The notes under the pieces were generated by a model that had not been told where the DNA came from, made no database searches, and saw only the letters and a program-made list of their open reading frames with translations. The translations under genes and the position numbers were made by a program. A stretch of DNA of 64,000 nt from NCBI GenBank assembly GCA_963726245.1, contig CAVSBT010000038.1:32001-96000 (forward strand). The letters run 5' to 3'. The stretch's first letter is position 1, and every line of letters starts with the position of its first letter. This stretch comes from an uncultured Chloroflexia bacterium. Its GTDB lineage: Bacteria > Chloroflexota > Dehalococcoidia > DSTF01 > JALHUB01. Below, piece by piece: positions 25,763-36,078 of the stretch.

Positions 25763-27096
25763 ATGTTAGCAAGATCCCGACGTGGATTCCTCATCGCGGC
25801 CATTCTGGTGGGCAGCCTTCTCCTAGTGAGCTGCGGTGGGGGAAATGGTGGGGGGAACAATAACGGGGCCGAAAAGACGGCCACCCCTCCCGACACTACC
25901 GGCGTCACCGCCACCGAGGTCAAGTGGGGTACCCACTACCCTCTGAGCCAGAACCCAGCTTCCGCCTACGCGCCCATCGCCTACGGCATGAAGGCCTTCT
26001 ACGACTATATCAGCGCCCAGGGTGGCGTGTATGGGCGGAAGCTCACGCTGATCATCGGTGACGACCACTACAACCCCGCGGACACGGTGGAGGTCATCCG
26101 GCAGCTCGTGGAGCAAGAGAAGGTGTTTGGGATCCTCAGCGGCCTCGGTGAGTCGACTCACCTCGCTGTCTATAAGTACCTTGAGGACCAAGGCATCCCC
26201 GACATGTATCTCTCCACCGGTCTCGACCTGTGGACCAACCCCGTGGCCAAGAACCGGTTTGCCGGCAACCCCGACTACGTCACCGAGGGCAAGTTCCTCG
26301 CGGAGTACCTAGTCAAGAACTTCAGCGGCAAGAAGGTGGGCTTCCTCCTCCAGAACGACCAGTTGGGAGTTGACGGCGAGAAGGGTCTGAGGGAGGGTCT
26401 GGCGGGCAGCGACGTCCAGATCGTCGCAAGGAGACGTACGAGTCAGCCAACTGGGACGCCTCGGCGCAGACGCAGCGGCTGAAGAACGCCGGCGCGGAGG
26501 TCCTCGTCGCCTTTGCCATCCCACCCCAGGCCGCCAGCATGGTCAAGACGGCCCGCGAGACCCTCGCCTGGGATGTCCCCATCTTCGTCAGCGGCATCAA
26601 TTGCAGCGATATCTTCATCGCCCTGGCTACGGCGAAGGACGCCGAGGGAGTGCTTAGCTTCACCTTTGGCCTCCAGGCGTACGCAACCGACGATCCGGGC
26701 GTCCAGAAATACGAGAAGATCTGGGCGAAGTACGGCAACGGTGGCCCGATGAGCAGCTTTGAGCTCTACGGCATGTTTGTCGCCGAGCTAGCCGTGTACA
26801 ACATGGAAGTGGCCGGGCCGGACCTCAGCCGTCAGTCGTTCCTCGACGCCGCTGAGAATACGTGCAAGTTCGATTGCACGACCTGTTTCCGCGGCGGGCC
26901 CGTCATGACGAGCCCGACCGACCACAAGATATCGGAGAACCTTGTCTACAATAAGGTTGTGAACGGCACCTGGCAGCAGATCAGCGATATGGTCAGCTTC
27001 GAATCGACCAAGGACTGCACGCCGCCGACGATGCCTGCTGACTTCGACAAGCAACCCAAGGTTGGGCGTGCCGCGGAGTTCGTGGAGGTTCCCTAG
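25763..27096 (+). CDS. ABC-type (LivJ-like) substrate-binding lipoprotein, copy A1 (frameshift near 26428)
   Basis: Lipobox LVSC and GGVYGRKL...GDDHYNP. One base is missing relative to paralog A2. Confidence 0.88.
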
Positions 27097-27360
27097 CGCG
27101 CAGAACGCGGGGGTTGTGGTCAGCCGGGGGCGCCGCGAACGATTTCGAGTCCGCGCCGAGCATCGCCGTCGGCTGCAAGAACGGGGGCGAGACGGTCTCT
27201 AAGCAGTAATCAGGGCAGCGAGCCTCTCATCTGCCGGAATCCGCCCCGGCGGCCAAGGTTGAGTCCGGGCCTCCGGGAATCTGCGCCTGCAGGCGCCGGT
27301 GGTGGCGCCGCGCCGAGGGTCATTACGACTGTCGGAGCGGCGAAAGGGGGGTGTGTGTCA

Positions 27361-28674
27361 GTGGTGGCAAGGTTCCGGCCTCCTTTCCTTCTCGCGGTCA
27401 TACTCTTCGGTGGCCTGCTCCTCGTGAGTTGCGGCGGAGGCACCGCGGACGAGGGCGGCAAGACGCCTGAGGCGACCCAGCCGGCAGGTGCCGAGGCGCC
27501 GGATTCGGCGACGGTCCCCGGGGTAACCGACACCGAGATCCTGCTGGGGACCCACTTCCCCCTGAGTCAGAACCCGGCGGCGGCCTACGCGCCCATCGCT
27601 GACGGCATGCGGGCCTACTTCGCGTACGTCAACTCCCAGGGAGGTGTCTACGGCCGCCAGATCAAATTGCTGGTAGGGGATGACCACTTCAACCCGGCGG
27701 ATACCGTGGAGGTGGTACGCAAGCTGGTCGAGCAGGACAACGTCCTGGCCATCGTGGGCGGCCTCGGTGACGCGCCCCACAGCGCGGTCTGGAAGTACTT
27801 GGAGGAGCGCGGCGTCCCTGACATGTTCATATCCGGCGGTCTCGACAAGTGGACGGACCCGCTTGTGAGGACTCGCTTCCAGGGTAACCCCAACTACGGA
27901 ACCGAGGGCGCCATGCTCGCCAAGTATCTCATCGAGAACTATGACGGGAAGAAGCTGGCCCTGCTGCTGGAGAATGATGAGTTCGGCGAGAACGGCAAGA
28001 AAGCGATTCTCGACGGTATAAAGGGCAGTGACATCAAGGTTGTCGCGGAGGAAAAGTACGAGACCACCTCGTGGGACGTGACTGCCCAGACACAGCGGTT
28101 GAAGGCGGCTAACCCCGACGTCATCGTCGCTTACGCGGTGCCGCCACCGGCAGCCAGTCTCGTCAAGGCAGCCCGCGAGATCTTGAATTGGGATGTCCCG
28201 ATCGTGGTCACAGGCGTAGTCCTCACCGACATATTCATCCAGTTGGCCGGGGCGCAGAACGCCGAGGGTGTGGTCAGCGTGGTCTTCGGCAAGCAGATCT
28301 ACCAGACGGATGACCCCGGGGTCCAGAGGCACATCCAGATCATGAAAGACTTCGGCCAGGGCGTGGAGGCGAGCAACTTCACCCTCTACGGGGCCTTCGT
28401 AGCCGAGATTATGGTGAAGTCGCTTCAGAACGCGGGACCGGACCTCACCCGCGACAGCCTGATATCAGGCGCCGAGGCCATCCACGACTGGTGCTGCTCG
28501 ACCTGCCCGATGCCCATCAACATGAGCCCCACTGACCACCGGCCCGCCGAAATGGAAATGTATGCCAGAGTCGAGAACGGCAAGTGGGTGACGTTCGGCG
28601 AGCCGGTCTTCTCCGAATCGACGCCCGGAAAAGCCGTGGGCTGCAAGGGTTTGGACGAGCCCATCTATCCCTGA
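27361..28674 (+). CDS. ABC-type (LivJ-like) substrate-binding lipoprotein, copy B1
   Basis: Lipobox LVSC and NSQGGVYGRQI...GDDHFNP. Confidence 0.9.
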   Translation: MVARFRPPFLLAVILFGGLLLVSCGGGTADEGGKTPEATQPAGAEAPDSATVPGVTDTEILLGTHFPLSQNPAAAYAPIADGMRAYFAYVNSQGGVYGRQIKLLVGDDHFNPADTVEVVRKLVEQDNVLAIVGGLGDAPHSAVWKYLEERGVPDMFISGGLDKWTDPLVRTRFQGNPNYGTEGAMLAKYLIENYDGKKLALLLENDEFGENGKKAILDGIKGSDIKVVAEEKYETTSWDVTAQTQRLKAANPDVIVAYAVPPPAASLVKAAREILNWDVPIVVTGVVLTDIFIQLAGAQNAEGVVSVVFGKQIYQTDDPGVQRHIQIMKDFGQGVEASNFTLYGAFVAEIMVKSLQNAGPDLTRDSLISGAEAIHDWCCSTCPMPINMSPTDHRPAEMEMYARVENGKWVTFGEPVFSESTPGKAVGCKGLDEPIYP

Positions 28675-28813
28675 CGAAACGAAGTGACGAAAGACGTTGA
28701 TCTGCAACCAGGGTCCGGCCCCAGCGCTCAGGGGCCTCCGCCCACGAGCGCTGGGTGGTAGTGTCCCGCAGAGGGAGAGGATGGCGGTCAAAGCGGCGTG
28801 AGCAAGGGGGTGC

Positions 28814-30154
28814 ATGAAAATGCTAGCAAAATCCCGACATGGATTCCTCATCGCGGCCATTCTGGTGGGCAGCCTTCTCCTGGTGAGCTGCGGTGGGGGA
28901 AATGGTGGGGGGAACAATAACGGGGCCGAAAAGACGACCACGCCTCCCGATACCACCGGCGTCACCGCCACCGAGGTCAAGTGGGGTACCCACTTCCCCT
29001 TGAGCCAGAACCCCGCCTCCGCCTACGCGCCCATCGCCTACGGCATGAAGGCGATGTTCGACTACGTCAGCGCCCAGGGGGGCGTCTATGGGCGGAAGAT
29101 CACGCTGATCATCGGTGACGACCACTACAACCCCGCCGACACGGTGGAGGTCATCCGGCAGCTAGTGGAGCAGGATAAGGTCTTCGGGATAGTCGGCGGC
29201 CTTGGTGAGTCGACACACCTCGCCGTCTACAAGTACCTTGAGGACCAAGGCATCCCCGACATGTATGTGTCCACCGGTCTCGAGATGTGGACCGACCCGG
29301 TGGTCAAGAGCCGGTTTGCCGGCAACCCCGACTACGTCACCGAGGGCAAGTTCCTCGGGCAGTACATAGCCAAGAACTTCAACGGCAAGAAGGTGGGCTT
29401 TCTCCTCCAGAACGACCAGTTGGGAGTTGACGGCGAGAAGGGTCTGAGGCAAGGCCTGGAGGGCAGCGACGTCCAGATCGTCGACGAGGAGAGGTACGAG
29501 TCGGCCAACTGGGACGCCTCGGCGCAGACGCAGCGGCTGAAGAACTCCGGTGCGGAGGTGCTCGTCGCCTTTGCCATCCCACCCCAGGCGGCCAGCATGG
29601 TCAAGACAGCCCGCGAGACCCTTGCCTGGGATGTCCCCATCCTCGTTAGCGGCATCAATTGCAGCGATATCTTCATCTCCCTTGCTACGGCGAAGGACGC
29701 CGAGGGAGTGATCAGCTTCACCTTTGGCCGCCAGGCTTATGCAACCGACCTTCCGCAGGTCCAGAAGTACGAGAAGATCTGGGCGAAGTACGGCAACGGC
29801 GGCGATCTGAACAACTTCGAGCTCTATGGCATGTTCGTCGCCGAGCTGACAGCGTACAACATGGAAGAGGCCGGGCCGGACCTCAGCCGGCAGTCCTTCC
29901 TCGATGCCGCTGAGAACACGTGCAAGTTCGATTGCTCGACCTGTTTCGACACCGGGCCTGTTTCGACGAGCCCCACCGACCACAAGATATCGAAGCACCT
30001 TGTCTACAATAAGGTTGTGAACGGCACCTGGCAGCAGATCAGCGATGTGGTCAGCTTCGAAACGACCAACGACTGCACGCCGCGGCAGATGCCTGCTGAC
30101 TTCGACAAGCAACCCAAGCTCGGACGCCTCATCCCGTACGTCGAGGTGCCGTAG
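28814..30154 (+). CDS. ABC-type (LivJ-like) substrate-binding lipoprotein, copy A2
   Basis: Near-identical to A1 over its whole length, and intact. Confidence 0.9.
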   Translation: MKMLAKSRHGFLIAAILVGSLLLVSCGGGNGGGNNNGAEKTTTPPDTTGVTATEVKWGTHFPLSQNPASAYAPIAYGMKAMFDYVSAQGGVYGRKITLIIGDDHYNPADTVEVIRQLVEQDKVFGIVGGLGESTHLAVYKYLEDQGIPDMYVSTGLEMWTDPVVKSRFAGNPDYVTEGKFLGQYIAKNFNGKKVGFLLQNDQLGVDGEKGLRQGLEGSDVQIVDEERYESANWDASAQTQRLKNSGAEVLVAFAIPPQAASMVKTARETLAWDVPILVSGINCSDIFISLATAKDAEGVISFTFGRQAYATDLPQVQKYEKIWAKYGNGGDLNNFELYGMFVAELTAYNMEEAGPDLSRQSFLDAAENTCKFDCSTCFDTGPVSTSPTDHKISKHLVYNKVVNGTWQQISDVVSFETTNDCTPRQMPADFDKQPKLGRLIPYVEVP

Positions 30155-30201
30155 CGAGCAGAACGCGAAGGTTGTGGCCAGAGGGGTCTTGGGCCGCCAG
30201 A

Positions 30202-31527
30202 GTGGTAGTGTCAGCACGATTTCGAAGCGGATTGCTCCTGGCAACGATGTTGCTCGCCGGGCTCTTCCTGATGAGCTGCGGCGGAGAAAAGGAGGGCGTC
30301 GGTAAGACGCCCACGGCGGCAACGCCAATAGCCGGCGAGACGCCGGGCGCCGATAAGGTGCCCGGCGTCTCGGACACGGAGGTGGTACTTGGGGCCCACC
30401 TTCCCCTGAGTCAGTCGCCGGCCTCCTCCTACGCTGTCGTAGCCGATGGGATGCGGGCCTACTTCGACTACGTCAACTCCTTGGGGGGCGTCTACGGCCG
30501 GAAGATCACCTTTCTAATAGGCGATGACCACTTCAACCCTGCGGATGCGGTCGAGGTGGTGCGAAAGCTCGTCGAGCAAGACCAGGTCTTCGCTATCGTC
30601 GGCGGCGTCGGCGACCCGACCCAACTCGCGGTCATGCAATACCTGGAAGACAAGGGTGTCCCCGATCTCTTCCTGGGCGGCGGCGTCGTTGAATTCACCG
30701 AGCCCGTGGTGAAGTCGCGCATCGGCATGACCTGTGACTATAAGACCGAAGCGGAGGTAATGGCCGACTACATCAAGAAGAATTACAGCGGGAAGAGGAT
30801 GGGGATCGTCTATCAGAGCGATACCGCCGGCACCACTGGTCTGGAGATGATGACCGAGGCACTCAAGGACAGCGACATCCAGATCGTCTCCACGCAATCG
30901 TACGATTGGGGCCAGTTCGACCTCACCGCGCAGATGCAGCGGCTGAAGAAAGACAATCCCGACTTCGTGGATCTGATGGCCAATGCGGGCGCGGCCGCCA
31001 GCGCCATCAAGGTGGCGCGAGAGCTTCTCGATTGGGACGTGCCCTTCATTACGAGCGCTGTTTCCGCCGTCGAGTTCACGATAGACCTGGCAGGCGCTAA
31101 GAACGCTGAGGGCACGGTCAGCGTGACCACCGGCAAGATGATATCGGAGAAGGATGACCCCGGCGTACAGCGCCATATCGAGTTGATGAAGCAGTTCGCC
31201 CCCACCGTAGCGCCGAGCTCTCTGACCGAGTACGGTATGACGGTCGCCGAGCTCATGGTTCAGGCGCTGAAGAACGCCGGCCCGAACCTGACCCGTGAAA
31301 GCATCGTGGAGGGTGCCGAAGCTATCCGCGACTACTGCTGCCTCGCCTGCCTGCTGCCCGCAAACCTCAGCCCAACCGATCATCGGGTGTCGGAGGCTCT
31401 GTGGTTCGAGAGGGTCGAGAACGGCCAGTGGGTGCGGTTCGGCGAGCCGGTGGTCCGTGAGTCGACGCCCGGCAAAGTCGTCGCCTGCAAGGGCACGGGA
31501 GAACCCGTTTACGCGAGCGGCGAGTGA
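30202..31527 (+). CDS. ABC-type (LivJ-like) substrate-binding lipoprotein, copy B2
   Basis: Lipobox LMSC. Paralog of B1, sharing the ESTPGK..xCKG..EPxY tail. Confidence 0.9.
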   Translation: MVVSARFRSGLLLATMLLAGLFLMSCGGEKEGVGKTPTAATPIAGETPGADKVPGVSDTEVVLGAHLPLSQSPASSYAVVADGMRAYFDYVNSLGGVYGRKITFLIGDDHFNPADAVEVVRKLVEQDQVFAIVGGVGDPTQLAVMQYLEDKGVPDLFLGGGVVEFTEPVVKSRIGMTCDYKTEAEVMADYIKKNYSGKRMGIVYQSDTAGTTGLEMMTEALKDSDIQIVSTQSYDWGQFDLTAQMQRLKKDNPDFVDLMANAGAAASAIKVARELLDWDVPFITSAVSAVEFTIDLAGAKNAEGTVSVTTGKMISEKDDPGVQRHIELMKQFAPTVAPSSLTEYGMTVAELMVQALKNAGPNLTRESIVEGAEAIRDYCCLACLLPANLSPTDHRVSEALWFERVENGQWVRFGEPVVRESTPGKVVACKGTGEPVYASGE

Positions 31528-31538
31528 GGGCGGCGAGG

Positions 31539-31575
31539 GAACAAGCAACAAACAACAAGCAACAAGGAACAAGGG
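31539..31575 (+). repeat. Short tandem heptamer repeat (GCAACAA/GGAACAA)
   Basis: gaacaagcaacaaacaacaagcaacaaggaacaagg. The same words occur at 21030-21085. Confidence 0.55.
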
Positions 31576-31582
31576 AGGGCGC

Positions 31583-32332
31583 ATGGATCCGAAGGGGAAG
31601 GTTGCAATAGTCTCGGGAGGCGCCTCAGGCATAGGGCTGGCGACTGCCAAGCTGCTGGCGTCAAACGGCGCTCGGCTGGTAATCGCTGACCTGCAATCCG
31701 AAGCCGGCGCGGCCGCGGCGCGCGACATCGAAGCGAGCGGCGGCGAGGCGCGCTTCATCCGTACGGACGTGACGAGGCGCGAGGACCTCCAGGGTATGCT
31801 GGACTACGCCGTGCAGCAGTTTGGGCGCGTCGACATCGTCGACAACAACGCGGGCATCTCCGAGATCGGCGAGGAGCTGTTCGGGCCCAGCTCAGACTTG
31901 TGGGAGAAGACGCTGGCGATTGACCTGGAGGCCGTCATTCGCGCCACCAAGCTCGAGGTCCAGCAGCTACGCCGTCAGGGCGGCGGAGGCGTGATCGTCA
32001 ACATCGGCTCCATGGGCGGCCTGATACCGATGCCGATCAGCCCCGTCTACGCCGCAGCCAAGGCCGGCGTCATCCACTTCAGCCGTTCGCTCGCCTACCT
32101 GGCGAGCGAGGGCATCCGCGTCAACGTGATCTGCCCGACGTACACCGACACGCCGTTCGTGCACACCCACGGAGAAGAGGTCGTCGAAGCGATGAGGGCC
32201 GAGGTCGGCGGCCTGCTCAAGCCCGAGCAGGTGGCCGAAGGGAAGCTGGAGCTGATCCGCGATGACTCACGCGCCGGGGCGGTGATGCGCGTCACGGTTA
32301 GGAAGGGTATCGACTACATCTTCGAGCGGTGA
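31583..32332 (+). CDS. Short-chain dehydrogenase/reductase
   Basis: SGGASGIG, NNAG and YAAAK. Confidence 0.93.
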   Translation: MDPKGKVAIVSGGASGIGLATAKLLASNGARLVIADLQSEAGAAAARDIEASGGEARFIRTDVTRREDLQGMLDYAVQQFGRVDIVDNNAGISEIGEELFGPSSDLWEKTLAIDLEAVIRATKLEVQQLRRQGGGGVIVNIGSMGGLIPMPISPVYAAAKAGVIHFSRSLAYLASEGIRVNVICPTYTDTPFVHTHGEEVVEAMRAEVGGLLKPEQVAEGKLELIRDDSRAGAVMRVTVRKGIDYIFER

Positions 32333-32500
32333 CCCGCCGGCGTAGGCGGGCTCACGTGCCAGGATAAGGCCCGCTATCGCCCCACAGCCCGGCTGTTGTA
32401 ACATGCGCTCGCCGCTGGCGGATCGTCACTGGCCGCGACGACATGCGTGGGGGAGTGTGACCCCGCGAGAGGGAGTGACGCGTTGGTCGAGGAGGCCTCC

Positions 32501-34519
32501 ATGGCGGAAGAACCTTACACGATGACCATCTCGCGAACGACGATCAACAACCTTGGGATAAAGTTGTACGACAAGGTTTCGGCTGTCGTCGCAGAGCTGG
32601 TAGCCAACGCCTACGATGCCGACGCTGAAGAAGTAATAGTTGAGGCGCCCCTGGGACAGTATCTCGCGTCGATGTCCGGGGGGCACGTAACGGACAAAGG
32701 ATACAAGATACGCGTCGTGGACAACGGCCACGGCATGTCGCCGAGCGAGATAAATCCCCATTACCTGCCGGTCGGAAGAGACCGGAGGGCTGATGAGGGG
32801 CGGGGGGGCGCTTCACGAGAAAAAGGGCGGCCGGTGATGGGCCGGAAGGGAATCGGAAAGCTAGCGCCGTTCGGTATCTGCAAAACCATCCGGCTGATCA
32901 CAGCGGGGGGGCCGAGGACCTCCGATGGCTATCTCGCCGCGGACCTTACCTTGAGATTCGACGACATTCTGCAAGAGACGGACGAGCCGTATCGTCCCGA
33001 GCCGGGGCCCCTTGATTGCACATACAGGGAGCAGCGGGGAACCGAAGTGATCCTCGAGGACTTCTTCTTCCGCCGCATACCGGATGCCTCTGTGTTCCAC
33101 CGCCAACTGGCGGGTCGGTTCGGGATCGCGCGTTCGGACTGGACAATTAGTGTTCGGGACTCCGCCGCGGGAGACGAGTTCACGGTCGGGGAGCTGGAGA
33201 TCCCACTTTTGGAAGGGACTCGGATCTCGGTCGATGAGCGCCCCGTGAGAGTGAACGGCGAGCAGTTTCCGGTTCGAGGTTGGGTGGCCGTTTCGGACCA
33301 GTCGTACAAAGACGAGGTCATGGCGGGCGTAAGGATATACGCACGTGGGAAGATTGTCTGCCAAACCAGGGACTTCGATATCCCAGCGGGCTTCACCGGG
33401 GAGCACACGATGCGCTCCTACTTAGTGGGCCAGATACACGCAAACTGGCTGGACGACGACCAAGAGGATCTAGTCCGGTCGGATAGGCAGGATATCCTTT
33501 GGAACACCGACCGAGGCCAGGCGTTGAAGGAGTGGGGCCAGGCTCTAATACGGCAACTAGGCAGGGCGTCGGAAGGCGTGCGCCGCGAACAGACGTGGGG
33601 GCTGTTCGCGGCGAAATCGCGCATTCAAGAGCTGGTTGAGGCCACGTTCCCTGCTGGGGAGCTCCAAGATGGGGTACTCGCCGTAGCCAAGGCAATCGCG
33701 AGGACCTTCTCCAGAGACGAGCTGGAGAACAAGGAACAGGTCGACGCCGTGGTCAACCTGGCTCTGGCTGTGGGTCCCCACCGTGTCCTGGTGCAGAAAC
33801 TGCAGGAGGCCTCCACTGAGGTGGACAGCCCCTTCAGCGCCCTGGTGTCACTGTTCACCGAGGCGAGAATTGCTGAGATGTATTCGCTTGGCCAGATCGC
33901 GGATGAGCGGGTGCGAATCATCGAGAAGCTGGAGCGCACACTCTCCGCGGCTCAGAATGAGGGGGAGCTTCAGAAGCTGATCGAAGAGGCACCTTGGCTT
34001 ATCGATCCTCAGTGGACCCTTCTCACCAGGAACCAGAACCTGGAAACGTTCAGGGCTGCATTCGAAAGGTGGTACGAGCAACGGTACGGGGAGCGCGTCG
34101 TCACGTCCGCCATAGACTACCCTAGCCGCAGGCCTGACTTCGTCTTGATGGATTTCGGCAGAGCGCTTCAAGTGGTCGAGATCAAGCGGCCGGGCCATCG
34201 GCTGTCGGACGCCGACTTCCAACGACTCCACAAGTACTACGAGGCGATCAGGCAGTTCCTGGGCGACCACCCTCAGTTCAACGAGGATTTCCCCAATCAG
34301 TTCCGCATCACCCTCGTCTGCGACGAAGTAGAGCTGACCCCAATCAACCGAACCGCGTACGCAAAGCTTGAGGACGATGTCCTACGGCGGGTTTCGTGGG
34401 AGGTGTTCCTGCGCAAAACGAAGAAGATGCACGAAGCCTTCCTCTTCGTGGCGAGAATCAGGCCCGACGAACGCTCGGGCGCGGACGAGCCGGCTGCAGC
34501 GGGCACCGAAGCAGGCTAG
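32501..34519 (+). CDS. GHKL (MORC/HSP90-like) ATPase fused to a C-terminal PD-(D/E)xK nuclease, putative restriction subunit
   Basis: ELVANAYDA, DNGHGM, GRKGIGKLA and GTEV. C-terminal RPDF...VVEIKRP. Confidence 0.85.
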   Translation: MAEEPYTMTISRTTINNLGIKLYDKVSAVVAELVANAYDADAEEVIVEAPLGQYLASMSGGHVTDKGYKIRVVDNGHGMSPSEINPHYLPVGRDRRADEGRGGASREKGRPVMGRKGIGKLAPFGICKTIRLITAGGPRTSDGYLAADLTLRFDDILQETDEPYRPEPGPLDCTYREQRGTEVILEDFFFRRIPDASVFHRQLAGRFGIARSDWTISVRDSAAGDEFTVGELEIPLLEGTRISVDERPVRVNGEQFPVRGWVAVSDQSYKDEVMAGVRIYARGKIVCQTRDFDIPAGFTGEHTMRSYLVGQIHANWLDDDQEDLVRSDRQDILWNTDRGQALKEWGQALIRQLGRASEGVRREQTWGLFAAKSRIQELVEATFPAGELQDGVLAVAKAIARTFSRDELENKEQVDAVVNLALAVGPHRVLVQKLQEASTEVDSPFSALVSLFTEARIAEMYSLGQIADERVRIIEKLERTLSAAQNEGELQKLIEEAPWLIDPQWTLLTRNQNLETFRAAFERWYEQRYGERVVTSAIDYPSRRPDFVLMDFGRALQVVEIKRPGHRLSDADFQRLHKYYEAIRQFLGDHPQFNEDFPNQFRITLVCDEVELTPINRTAYAKLEDDVLRRVSWEVFLRKTKKMHEAFLFVARIRPDERSGADEPAAAGTEAG

Positions 34520-34538
34520 GCCTGGCTCCGCCCGTGCC

Positions 34539-35093
34539 ATGGCCACAGAGCGCTCCTCCGACAGCACGTCCCGCCGGATGGCGGCGGTCCGCCATGAAGA
34601 CACGTCGGCGGAAATGGTCCTGCGAAGAGCCGTGAGGCAAGCGGGGATTCTCGGCTATCGTGCGAACCTCCGCACGCTCCCAGGCACCCCGGACATGGCC
34701 TTTACAAGATGGCGGGTGGCCGTCTTCGTTGACGGTGCGTTCTGGCATGGCCATCCACGGAAGTTCCCCGAGGAGAAGATGAGCCAGTACTGGCGGGACA
34801 AGATCGCGCGCAACCAGTGTCGCGACAGGCGCGTGACTCGCGCCCTCAGGAGGATGGGGTGGCGAGTACTTCGCTTCTGGGACTTTGACGTAGAGAGGAA
34901 TCCACGGCAAGCGGTGCGACGGATTGACGCCGCCCTTCGGCGAGCTCAATCAGCTTGCGCGCGTGCTCAACAAGCAGGTGAACTAGCCGGGCGGGGACGG
35001 CGTTCCCGATCTGACGCGCTATCGACTGCACGCCCCCTCTCCACCGGTAGCCCAGCGAAAACGTCTGAAAAGCGGCGGCCTCGCGCAGTGTGA
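34539..35093 (+). CDS. vsr: Very-short-patch repair endonuclease Vsr
   Basis: RMAAV..DTSAE, LPGTPD, VFVDGAFWHGH, YWRDKIARN and GWRVLRFW. Confidence 0.92.
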   Translation: MATERSSDSTSRRMAAVRHEDTSAEMVLRRAVRQAGILGYRANLRTLPGTPDMAFTRWRVAVFVDGAFWHGHPRKFPEEKMSQYWRDKIARNQCRDRRVTRALRRMGWRVLRFWDFDVERNPRQAVRRIDAALRRAQSACARAQQAGELAGRGRRSRSDALSTARPLSTGSPAKTSEKRRPRAV

Positions 35094-35970
35094 TGGGGCG
35101 GTCTTCTTCCGGATGCAGAAACCGGCCACAAGCTGGCGTGGTGCAACGTGTGGTGATGGTGGGGGCGGGTTGGTCCCACGCCATCCGCCCGTAGACGCTT
35201 CCGGCGCCAGAGGCCTTCAGCCGCTTGTGGCATTCTAGTTGGAGATTGGGCGGCAAATCCCGCCGGCTTCCGCCGTCGCGGGGGATTGCCCGCACTCGGG
35301 CCAAGATGTTTGGTGGAAGCTTGCGGCCGTCGTGGAGGCGATCTTGCGGATTGAGAGGACCCACGAGACGCAGCACGTCTCTAACCGTGTGCGGGTGCGA
35401 GCCCCAAGCCGCGCAGGCGTACGCCAGCCGGGGGTCTCGTATGGCAGAGTCAGGGAGCCCCCGCGGCGCGAACATCACCAGCCTTTTCCGTCGCTGGGGA
35501 ACGCAAAAGTCCGCCGCGTCCAGAATCCACTCGCCAAGTCCGTATCCCAGCGCTGACAGCAACGCCTTCAGCTCCGCATACCTACCGTCGCCGATAACAC
35601 CCGGAACGTTCTCCAGCAGCACCGCTTTGGGCCGCAGGCAGTCCACAAGCTCCCCAACGGTCTTCACGTAGTCGTTTCGCTCGTCATCCCTGTCGCCTTT
35701 CCCAAGACTCGAAAACCCCTGGCAGGGGGGGCAAGCTGCCAGGATGGCAAGCTCCCCACGCTGAACGCCAGCTTCGCGCAGGATGCCAGACGGCGTGTAC
35801 TCTTCGATTCTCTTGGCGACGACCGGCACGGACGGGAAGTTGGCCCTGTACGTGGCTACCGCATCTTCGTCGCTTTCAATGGCGAGCCGGACATCGCACC
35901 CGGCCAGGACAAGCCCAGCCGTGGCGCCACCGGCGCCAGCAAACACGTCGATTGCACTCAAGCGGCTCAT
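34846..35970 (-). CDS. DNA (cytosine-5)-methyltransferase
   Basis: Motif I DVFAGAGG, IV PPCQGFS, VI ENVPG, VIII QRRKR and X IGNAVP. Confidence 0.95.
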   Translation of the reverse strand: MSRLSAIDVFAGAGGATAGLVLAGCDVRLAIESDEDAVATYRANFPSVPVVAKRIEEYTPSGILREAGVQRGELAILAACPPCQGFSSLGKGDRDDERNDYVKTVGELVDCLRPKAVLLENVPGVIGDGRYAELKALLSALGYGLGEWILDAADFCVPQRRKRLVMFAPRGLPDSAIRDPRLAYACAAWGSHPHTVRDVLRLVGPLNPQDRLHDGRKLPPNILARVRAIPRDGGSRRDLPPNLQLECHKRLKASGAGSVYGRMAWDQPAPTITTRCTTPACGRFLHPEEDRPITLREAAAFQTFSLGYRWRGGVQSIARQIGNAVPARLVHLLVEHARKLIELAEGRRQSVAPLAVDSSLRQSPRSEVLATPSS

Positions 35971-36078
35971 CGTCCCCAGTCTACCGTCCCTCTACCCGGG
36001 CGTCGAGCGCCCACGTGGAGCCGGGTCAACCTGCCCCACTACTGCGGCAGCTTGAGGACGGCGCCCGTGCTATGGTCC

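Noticed and set aside
25763-31575. CRISPR array or DGR-type template/variable repeat in the repeated region
   Set aside because: The repeats are whole-gene paralogs, with no regular repeat-spacer pattern, no adenine-specific variation, and no cas or reverse transcriptase gene in the window.
32340-36070. Integrative element boundaries around the R-M cassette
   Set aside because: No integrase, tRNA or flanking direct repeats could be found by eye.
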